This document shows positions 56,174 to 63,415 of a DNA stretch of 64,000 bases, one piece after another. The notes under the pieces were generated by a model, which was not told where the DNA came from, did no database searches, and saw only the letters and a list, made by a program, of their open reading frames with translations. Source of the stretch: a virus. A program made the translations under genes and the position numbers. Numbering within the stretch: the stretch's first letter is position 1; each line of letters starts with the position of its first letter. The stretch spans positions 23,068 through 87,067 of IMG/VR virus record IMGVR_UViG_3300022602_004810; one strand, 5' to 3'.

Positions 56174-57337
56174 CTACCACTCCTGCCCTGTACATCTATG
56201 ATGATGTGCTAGTATGCTGGCAATTTGTGGACGTAGGTCAGTGCTTACAGGCTGTTGGTGATGTCTATACATGTTTATATACTCATCTCGTTCGTGTGTA
56301 TGAATTCCAGTCATACCATCGTGAATTCTAGCACGTATCTGTGTTTTTCTTGCTAGTCCACGCTCGCCAATATCTGCCCAACCATAGTAGAATAAGACTA
56401 GATCATCAAAGGTATAGTCTGTTCTTGGATAGTGTCGTCCACCTGTGTACTGCACTGGATGGTTATGTAGACTACGGTTTAAACGACTCCACTCACCTTT
56501 GCCGGGGCCATAAGCAATACCAGGATCTCTATTAGTATCGTAGTCATGGAATCCCCAATAACGTTGTTCGTGTAAGGGGCGATCATATGTTAACTCTGGA
56601 CATTTAGCTGGATCTTCCATATCAACAAACACATAATTTGTGATCATGTACTGTGTTGGGTTTGTAGTATTTGTTAGATGATCGAGATTGCCGTATAACA
56701 TTTCGGTAATGTTCATTGCCATGCGCCAGCCATCTAGGCCACGTTCAATATCCATGATTTCTTCATCAACTGCGTTGCCATTAAAGTGTTCGTTACGACT
56801 AGGAACTATTTCCCAAGTAGGGCAAATCTCACGGATAATATCTCTAGTGCGATCAGTACTAGCATAGTCTACAATAATACCATGATCATAGACATGTTTG
56901 TGATGTTTTAACCACCATGGCAATAAGAACTCTTCGTTGTAACACTGTGCTACCACTGTTCTTTTAGCTCTGCCCTGTGATATGTATGCGTCTGGTATAG
57001 GTTCTGGTATAGGCAGTGCTGGTTCAATTGGTTGTGGTAGACTATCAATGTCTTGTTGAGCTACCCCAAATGTATTTTTTAATTCTATTAATTCGCTATT
57101 TAGATGATCAACTTGATTCATCAAGTCAATGACGCCTTGTGCTTTTCTAACAACATCTTCAAGAGCGGCAATGCGCTGTGCTAGGTCAGTTTGTATGGCT
57201 TTTACTGATTCAAGTGTAGTCTGAGTAGGTTGCGTAGAGTCTATTAGACTAGCATGATCATTTAAATGTTGTGCAAGTGCAGCTAATAGCTCTGCATTAC
57301 GTCTTAGTTCTGCTGGATCTTGTATTGGTGCTGACAT
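56174..57337 (-). CDS. Coiled-coil plus GT2-like glycosyltransferase (paralog 1)
   Basis: ~100-aa heptad region, Pro-rich linker, then YNEEFLLPWWLKHH. Confidence 0.8.
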   Translation of the reverse strand: MSAPIQDPAELRRNAELLAALAQHLNDHASLIDSTQPTQTTLESVKAIQTDLAQRIAALEDVVRKAQGVIDLMNQVDHLNSELIELKNTFGVAQQDIDSLPQPIEPALPIPEPIPDAYISQGRAKRTVVAQCYNEEFLLPWWLKHHKHVYDHGIIVDYASTDRTRDIIREICPTWEIVPSRNEHFNGNAVDEEIMDIERGLDGWRMAMNITEMLYGNLDHLTNTTNPTQYMITNYVFVDMEDPAKCPELTYDRPLHEQRYWGFHDYDTNRDPGIAYGPGKGEWSRLNRSLHNHPVQYTGGRHYPRTDYTFDDLVLFYYGWADIGERGLARKTQIRARIHDGMTGIHTHERDEYINMYRHHQQPVSTDLRPQIASILAHHHRCTGQEW

Positions 57338-57353
57338 TATATACCCTTATATA

Positions 57354-58574
57354 TTATTCAATATTTATAGTAGGGAAATAGCGTACAAATACATCCTCTG
57401 GATTATCACGTCTGGCCTTGATGTTACGTTTAATTTCATCAAAGAAGTTCCAGGCTAACGGAACAAATGCAATAGTTTCATCTTGCAGACTATCTAATGC
57501 ATCAATTGATGTAATAGGTGTGTGCATACCTGGAGTATACAGGCCGTGTTTTAAGGGATTGTCGTCAATGATAAAGTCTAGGTTAAACTTGCCAAAGTTC
57601 AATAAAGTATTACCTTTAGCAGCTGCACCATAACCCACAACTTTAAATCCTAGTGTACGATAAGCTACAATTGCTTGGTCTAGATCTTTAACTACCTGTA
57701 GGCAACGACGTGTGTATTCTTCGTAGGTTGCAGTGTTCTGTAGGCCAAATGCACGTTCTTCAGCAAGCACCTGTTGAACAGTAGTATCATTGCCTGGTAC
57801 TTTGCTAAACATAAACACATAGCTGTTACCATGGATAGGTGTCTTGCGTACATCTAACAAGTGCAGGCCAGCACGACGAGCTAGTTCGTTCATGCTGTTG
57901 ACATTAAAGAAACTAATATGCTCATGATATACAGTGTCAAATTGGTTTTCTTTAACCATATCAGCTTGGCTAGTTTGAATAAACAGTACACTATCATCAC
58001 GCATGATGTCACGACACTGTTCTAAGAACTCCAATGGATAGCTGTTATGTGCTAGAACGTTCTGTGCTGAGATAATATCTACCTTACCTTTGAACAATTC
58101 AACATGTTCCTGTTTAAAGTAATCACATACTACTTCATGTTCTACTGAACTTAGTTTATGTAGGTTCTCAGCTGGGTCTACACCATAGGTCTTCAAACCC
58201 ATGTCCTTGTAGACGTTTAACTGTGTGCCGTCGTTACAGGCAATCTCTAGTACGTTCTCTGGCCTGCGACTGTTACGCTGTTCAAACTCTGAGATATTGT
58301 ATTCAGCAAACCATTTAAAGTACTCTAGTAGAGTACGACTCGTCCCACTTACATACAAATAGTTTTTAAACAACAGGTCTGGATTTACAGCATGACTTAA
58401 CTGTAAGTGACTGCAAGATTTACAACGATTTAAGGCCAATGGGAATGTTGGTTCAACTTCGTTGAGATCTTTAAGATAACTGTTAGCCAGTGGCTGTTCA
58501 TTTAGGTCTAGGGTTAAGGCCAAGTCTGTGCTGCCACAGCATAGGCATTCTTTTAATTCTTTAGCGTCTGTCAT
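57354..58574 (-). CDS. NDP-sugar C-methyltransferase
   Basis: Zn ligands CLCC..CKSC, LEIACNDG, FDTVYHEH, GYGAAAKG and LAWNF. Confidence 0.9.
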   Translation of the reverse strand: MTDAKELKECLCCGSTDLALTLDLNEQPLANSYLKDLNEVEPTFPLALNRCKSCSHLQLSHAVNPDLLFKNYLYVSGTSRTLLEYFKWFAEYNISEFEQRNSRRPENVLEIACNDGTQLNVYKDMGLKTYGVDPAENLHKLSSVEHEVVCDYFKQEHVELFKGKVDIISAQNVLAHNSYPLEFLEQCRDIMRDDSVLFIQTSQADMVKENQFDTVYHEHISFFNVNSMNELARRAGLHLLDVRKTPIHGNSYVFMFSKVPGNDTTVQQVLAEERAFGLQNTATYEEYTRRCLQVVKDLDQAIVAYRTLGFKVVGYGAAAKGNTLLNFGKFNLDFIIDDNPLKHGLYTPGMHTPITSIDALDSLQDETIAFVPLAWNFFDEIKRNIKARRDNPEDVFVRYFPTINIE

Positions 58575-59484
58575 GTTTTTCCCATTGATATGTCATGTAA
58601 TTATCGCGGCGTTCAATGTGTGACTCCGCGTATCTTTCTTTAAGGCTATTAACTATTGTACTAGGTGTTTCTTGGAATGTAAAGTTAAAGGTTTCTTGGA
58701 ATAAGGTAGTATCAATGCCAAAGTCGTAGGCATTAGCTGTGGTACCTTGATCTTCAATTGGTACATTTAATTGCTCTGATACAGCCTTGGCAATTTCTTC
58801 TACAGTTGTGTTAAAACTTGCTAGATTGTAAATACCAGGCACTGGTTGTTCAATACAAGTAATCATAGCACGGCATAGATCTTCAATACCTAGTAGGGCA
58901 CGACCAATATGTTTATTAGACACTACAATTTTATTACTCTGTAGGGCAGTATGATACATGCTGTTGATCATTACATCAACTCTAAGGTTGGGACTCCAAC
59001 CATTTACTGTGCCAAAGCGTAGCCCAATAATATTACGCCCCTGTGCCATAGCAATCTCTGCTTGTAGATCACCTACGTATTTTGTGATATCATAGTTATT
59101 AACAGGATTAAACTGTACAATCTCTTCTGTGTGATACTTGCCTGGTAAGCTATTACCATACACGCTAGCACTACTAGCATAGATTACCAAGGTCTCTTTA
59201 GGTAATTTACCCAATAGATCAATAAAGTTAGTAATGTTGTTCAACCAAGGTGATTTAATATCGCCGTCACAGGGTCTAACACCTGCATGTGCTGCCAGCA
59301 CAATTACCACTTGATATTTAGATACATCATCCTCTGAGAGATTATGATAGTCTGTTCTACGACTAGTTTCATCGTGGTTATACCAACAGCAATCAACACT
59401 ATCTACATCATATTGCTGAGCAAGTACTTGACGCAGTCTTGATCCTACGTAGCCGTTACCACCAATAACAAGTACATTTTTCAT
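58561..59484 (-). CDS. NAD-dependent epimerase/dehydratase (extended SDR)
   Basis: GGNGYVG, YASSASVYG, YDITK and LRFGTV. Confidence 0.9.
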   Translation of the reverse strand: MKNVLVIGGNGYVGSRLRQVLAQQYDVDSVDCCWYNHDETSRRTDYHNLSEDDVSKYQVVIVLAAHAGVRPCDGDIKSPWLNNITNFIDLLGKLPKETLVIYASSASVYGNSLPGKYHTEEIVQFNPVNNYDITKYVGDLQAEIAMAQGRNIIGLRFGTVNGWSPNLRVDVMINSMYHTALQSNKIVVSNKHIGRALLGIEDLCRAMITCIEQPVPGIYNLASFNTTVEEIAKAVSEQLNVPIEDQGTTANAYDFGIDTTLFQETFNFTFQETPSTIVNSLKERYAESHIERRDNYMTYQWEKHDRR

Positions 59485-60224
59485 TAATCAATTACCATCA
59501 TTCCATTTGGTGCAATATTACCCATTAGGCCAACTACTTCTAACTCCACAAGTTGATCTTTAGGAATAAACTTGCTCATTGAATGTTCGTTGTCAATGTA
59601 TTTTTGACTATTAAATAAGTTGATCATGTTTTCAATAATCTTTTGATACACAGCAATTGTTTCTTCAAGCATGTCTGGACCAAATGACCATAGACGTGTT
59701 TGTAGTAAGGTAGTTACACCGGTGTCAGCTGATGGAATCCAAGCAGGCTGTGCCTTTTTAAACACATACTTGCCTTTGGTATCTGCATTGTCAAATTTCT
59801 TAATGTCGAACTTGTCTGTAACTTGGTAACGTCCGCTTAGTTTGAACACACGATCAGCTGACTCTAACTCTGCTTTCATTTCAGGTTCACTGTAGATATA
59901 AGTCAGTGCTTTGTGTAGGCCCATAGCTTCCATAGCATTTTTACCAATGTCATAGTTACTTACATTGTTGTGGAAGTATTGAACGTCAGCATCATCGCTG
60001 TTGTCAATGTAGTAGTCTACTAGATCAATTAACTCATTGATTTCATCGCTGTCATCATTTTGTACATCAACTTTACTGTTGTCTACTAGAACAACCACAG
60101 CACCGGGGATATATTTCTTAGCACTTTTAGCTGTTTCTAAGGTCTGTTGAATACGTTGCTTAGGATCATAGATACCATAGTTGGTATATAGCGCACTTGT
60201 TAGTAATACAATATTTTTAGCCAT
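59484..60224 (-). CDS. Putative glycosyltransferase-like protein
   Basis: R..QT..T..S, VDNS, FKLSGRY, TRLWSF and D.EH. Confidence 0.5.
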   Translation of the reverse strand: MAKNIVLLTSALYTNYGIYDPKQRIQQTLETAKSAKKYIPGAVVVLVDNSKVDVQNDDSDEINELIDLVDYYIDNSDDADVQYFHNNVSNYDIGKNAMEAMGLHKALTYIYSEPEMKAELESADRVFKLSGRYQVTDKFDIKKFDNADTKGKYVFKKAQPAWIPSADTGVTTLLQTRLWSFGPDMLEETIAVYQKIIENMINLFNSQKYIDNEHSMSKFIPKDQLVELEVVGLMGNIAPNGMMVID

Positions 60225-60232
60225 GTTAGTCC

Positions 60233-61264
60233 TTATACTCTCAACCAGCGTTCATTAGCCAGTGTCCATTCAACTACCTGTGTGATACGCTCGCTTAGAG
60301 CAATTTTAGGCTCCCAGCCTAGACTACGCATATAATCACCACTTAGGCTATAACGTAGATCATGCCCTGGGCGCGAGCTATGGAAGTCTACCATTTCATA
60401 GTTAAGTGGTTTACCCTGTGCGCGAGCAATAATGTTAGCTAGGTCTAAGTTGTTGATTTCTTCTTTACCAACTAAGTTAAATTTAGGACATTTAGCATCG
60501 CCGTAGTCACGAGCAAACTTAGTAGTTGGATCTAGGTTCAATAAGAACAACATAGCATCAGCTACGTCTGCGGCATGGATATAATGTCTACTACCTGGAA
60601 TAGTTTTACTTGCATCACTGTGGATAGTAATAGTGTCACCGTCGTTGATCTTACGAATACACATAGGAATGAACTTCTCTGGGTGTTGACGTTGACCAAA
60701 CACATTCATAGTGTGTGTTACAAAGATCGGCATGTTGTAGGTATTTTCAAACGCTACAGCTAGTTCTTCGCCGCCGGCTTTGGTAGCTGAATATGGATTA
60801 CCGCTATTGTAACGAGCACGTTCTTCATAGTTTACACCAACTGGTGCTGGGCCAAATACTTCATCTGTTGAAAAGTAAATGAAACGTTCCAAGTTAGGTA
60901 GTTTGCGAGCAAACTCTAAGATGTGGCCTGTACCAACAACGTTGTCCCAAACGAATTCCATCGGATATTCAATACTACGATCAACGTGTGATCCTGCCGC
61001 TAGATGTAGAACATAGTTTACATCGCCACATTCACGTTGTACTAAAGGATTTAGTTCTGCACGTAGATCGTGGAATACCACACGTAGGCGTTTACGTACA
61101 TCAGGACCTAAATCCTGTGCCATATCATGTAAACGGTTTAGGTTACCTGAGAAGTCTAATCGGTCTAGGCTTACTACATTCCAATCAGTTTCACGCAGGA
61201 TTTTTTCAATAACGTGGTGTGCTACAAAGCCAGCACCACCTGTCACTAGGACGGTCTTTGACAT
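60233..61264 (-). CDS. rmlB: dTDP-glucose 4,6-dehydratase
   Basis: TGGAGF, HLAA.SHVDRSI, STDEVFG, PYSATKA, QHPEKFIP and RPGHDLRY. Confidence 0.92.
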   Translation of the reverse strand: MSKTVLVTGGAGFVAHHVIEKILRETDWNVVSLDRLDFSGNLNRLHDMAQDLGPDVRKRLRVVFHDLRAELNPLVQRECGDVNYVLHLAAGSHVDRSIEYPMEFVWDNVVGTGHILEFARKLPNLERFIYFSTDEVFGPAPVGVNYEERARYNSGNPYSATKAGGEELAVAFENTYNMPIFVTHTMNVFGQRQHPEKFIPMCIRKINDGDTITIHSDASKTIPGSRHYIHAADVADAMLFLLNLDPTTKFARDYGDAKCPKFNLVGKEEINNLDLANIIARAQGKPLNYEMVDFHSSRPGHDLRYSLSGDYMRSLGWEPKIALSERITQVVEWTLANERWLRV

Positions 61265-61331
61265 CGAAATCTCCAATTTTTGTTGAATTTACTGCTATAA
61301 CGTATTTATTTTTGCAAAAACCAGACAAAAA

Positions 61332-61487
61332 TTATGCTGTTTGTGTTGCTTTAGCGTCTACGTATTCTTTAATGAATTTAATAGCTTTACGTGGAGTGTC
61401 AAATACATACTCTAGATTATCTTCTTCTGTGTTTAGTACAACAACAAAGCCATTGGCTACTTTACGAATTTCAATTGAATCAAACAT
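61332..61487 (-). CDS. 51-aa hypothetical protein (not in ORF track)
   Basis: SD AAGGA; MFDSIEIRKVANGFVV..EYVFD. Confidence 0.65.
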   Translation of the reverse strand: MFDSIEIRKVANGFVVVLNTEEDNLEYVFDTPRKAIKFIKEYVDAKATQTA

Positions 61488-61534
61488 TGTTTGTATTTCC
61501 TTATATAAGTTATGATACGAGTGTTAACTGTATT

Positions 61535-61563
61535 ACTTTAACAGAAACACTCATATCTGTCAA
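61535..61563 (-). promoter_or_regulatory. Sigma70-type promoter
   Basis: TTGACA-N17-TAAAGT. Confidence 0.55.
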
Positions 61564-61565
61564 CC

Positions 61566-61763
61566 TCAATTGGATAAATCTGCATACTTTAGTCTAAAGT
61601 AAGTTTCAGTTGGACCAGATTCTAAAATATCTATAGTGTAACCTATATTACCACCATTCTGATAGCTACGACTTTTGCGAAACGGCCCATGCTTGATGTT
61701 ATTATCTTTGATGATCTGCTGAAACTCACGTAGTTCGTCGAACTTAATAAAGATCGTCAGCAT
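61566..61763 (-). CDS. Small protein, LRW-tail family-like
   Basis: Ends ETYFRLKYADLSN. Confidence 0.6.
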   Translation of the reverse strand: MLTIFIKFDELREFQQIIKDNNIKHGPFRKSRSYQNGGNIGYTIDILESGPTETYFRLKYADLSN

Positions 61764-62322
61764 CGTCTAGATCCTCGTCTTCATACTCCCAAATTTCTTG
61801 ACCGCTGGCATAGTCAAAGTAATATTTTTCGTTAGGTACTAACAAGCGGAATTGACCAGCATACTTAAGAGCCGCAATAAGTGCTTCATTTTTATCTGTT
61901 AGGTCACAGATAATAAAACTACTACCACAGCCACCGTGGACATGTTTGATTTCACTGTGTTGAAATTCACCTGCTAGTAGGGCATTGTGAAAATTTCCAC
62001 GATTGCCGGCAATGATACGATTGGCAATGAAGGGATGCGGTAAACGACGATCTAATAGACCTAACTTGCTGAGTGTGGCATTGTTATCGCGGTCAATACT
62101 TAGCTTACAGTCTTTGAATTTTAGGGAGCCTTTTGTATGCGGATTGTCACTCGTTTCCTTTGTGCTCCAAGGAATAGCAGCATCCACATGGTTGACATAT
62201 AGAGTTACCCCGTGTGCTTTTAACACCCACATAGGCACAGATGGATCCTCTAAATGTTTTTTGTTGAAGTGAAAAACAACGGTGTCGCATTTATACTCTA
62301 ATACATTATCAATCTATTTCAT
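61744..62322 (-). CDS. Hypothetical protein with in-frame amber codon at position 3 (ORF track calls only 61744-62238)
   Basis: AAGGA-N8-ATG AAA TAG ATT GAT..., then open in frame through VVFHFNKKHLEDPSVPMW to the stop at 61744. Confidence 0.6.
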
Positions 62323-62387
62323 TTTATTTTTCCTTTTAGTTTCGCTAATTCTGCGTTTAGTTTCTTCAAACATAGGTCCTTTGTATT

Positions 62388-62463
62388 TGGAGGGCATGGG
62401 GTGAATCTAACAACCCCTCTTACCGTTTGCCGCGGTACGCATGTGACACTCTGCTACATGCCC
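62388..62463 (-). tRNA. tRNA-Cys(GCA), atypical
   Basis: Acceptor GGGCATG/CATGCCC, U73, encoded CCA, anticodon stem TACCG/CGGTA, loop CG-GCA-AA; G33, T-loop TTAGATT and a bulged T-stem are non-canonical. Confidence 0.75.
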
Positions 62464-62466
62464 ATT

Positions 62467-62540
62467 TGGTGCGATTACTGAGAATTGAACTCAGGAACGG
62501 AGGTTTAGAATCTCCTGTTTTACCACTAAACTATAATCGC
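62467..62540 (-). tRNA. Amber suppressor tRNA (anticodon CUA)
   Basis: GCGATTA TA GTTT AGTGGTA AAAC A GGAGA TTCTAAA CCTCC GTTC CTGAG TTCAATT CTCAG TAATCGC A CCA: full cloverleaf with one A31-C39 mismatch. Confidence 0.9.
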
Positions 62541-63257
62541 CTGTTTGGCTAATACATCTTTAGCCCATATATAATATCCACCACCACCAACAAATCCCAT
62601 AAGTTTTAATGATTTGTTGATACTTTTGTGAATATTGTATAATTCTATAAATTCAGTTTCTTTTCCGTACAAGACTGTATTTTCTACTTTGTAGTGATTG
62701 GCGTTTTTATATGCTATTTTACATTCATCACTACAATATGAAACACTGTTTCTTTTAACTGATATCTTTTTTAATATTACTGTGCCGCAATATTTACATT
62801 TACGGTTAGTTTTAAGTAGTCTACCTTTTTCCCACCCTTTAGGTATAGCATCTGTTATTTTTATTTTTTTATTAGTATTTTCTAATCTATTACAAATCCA
62901 CATAGTATTATGTTGTGAAGTTTTTTCTCCCACTAAAGTTTTTAAGTAATCTGCTCTAACAACTTTCAGTGTTTCGTATTTTTTTGATGTTATATATCTA
63001 TTTTGGTTATTAGATTTGGTTAACATCATTAAAAATGCAAATATCATTTTATGATATTCATTGCTATTTTTTTCGTAAATCTTTGTTAATAATAAGTGAC
63101 ATATAAAATGTTCTTTAGCAGAAAGATTTACTAAATTTTCAAGAGCATCACTACCACCTAACGATTTAGGAATAATATGATGCCGTTCTGTATATCCATT
63201 ATACCTATTATTTTTTCTATTTGCTACAATATTATCGTAGATTCTTTTGTAATTCAT
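62526..63257 (-). CDS. Free-standing HNH homing endonuclease
   Basis: MNY.RIY, ERHHIIPKSLGGSD..NLV.L...EHF.CH.LL; C-terminal CKYC..YCS..C; very AT-rich. Confidence 0.9.
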   Translation of the reverse strand: MNYKRIYDNIVANRKNNRYNGYTERHHIIPKSLGGSDALENLVNLSAKEHFICHLLLTKIYEKNSNEYHKMIFAFLMMLTKSNNQNRYITSKKYETLKVVRADYLKTLVGEKTSQHNTMWICNRLENTNKKIKITDAIPKGWEKGRLLKTNRKCKYCGTVILKKISVKRNSVSYCSDECKIAYKNANHYKVENTVLYGKETEFIELYNIHKSINKSLKLMGFVGGGGYYIWAKDVLAKQAIIV

Positions 63258-63295
63258 TTCTAAACTCTCTAACTATAATAGTATTTAGTTAGAAT

Positions 63296-63348
63296 ACCCG
63301 TTACCAGGAGTTTTAGAAGCTCTTGCTATGTCGATCAGCTTCAAGCGC
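63296..63348 (-). pseudogene. Truncated, degenerate tRNA (CUA-like anticodon loop)
   Basis: GCGCTTG AA GCTG ATCGACA TAGC A AGAGC TTCTAAA ACTCC TGGTA ACGGG; lacks T-loop and 3' acceptor strand. Confidence 0.55.
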
Positions 63349-63357
63349 ATAACATAT

Positions 63358-63387
63358 ATTATATGGTCAAACAAAAAGGCCTGTCAA
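63358..63387 (-). promoter_or_regulatory. Sigma70 promoter for the tRNA cluster
   Basis: TTGACA-N18-TATAAT; the -35 overlaps the terminator hairpin. Confidence 0.65.
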
Positions 63388-63396
63388 GGCCTTTTT
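63373..63396 (-). terminator. Rho-independent terminator (bidirectional form)
   Basis: AAAAAGGCCT-GTCA-AGGCCTTTTT. Confidence 0.85.
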
Positions 63397-63415
63397 GGAC
63401 AAATTCAAATAATAA

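Larger units (their letters stand above)
10932..63287. promoter_or_regulatory. Dispersed T4-like late promoter motif (T)A/NTAAATA
   Basis: Minus-strand TAAATA just upstream of genes at 10932, 12406, 13261, 14378, 15043, 15399, 15836, 16329, 18702, 23741, 24137, 33324, 42574, 57362, 61303 and 63282; plus-strand copy at 33277. Confidence 0.75.

Noticed and set aside
47023-61264. Host chromosomal LPS/capsule island (prophage boundary or chimera)
   Set aside because: The genes carry the phage TAAATA motif, are interleaved with phage-type ORFs, and lack wzx/wzy/ABC export genes.
62467-62540. Reading the tRNA as Arg(TCT)
   Set aside because: Shifting the loop by one base destroys the anticodon stem; only the GGAG/CTCC register with loop TT-CTA-AA pairs.
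62541-63295. Group I intron splitting a tRNA
   Set aside because: No matching 3' exon (T-stem complement plus CAAGCGC) was found, the downstream tRNA is complete by itself, and the interval is almost entirely HNH coding sequence.
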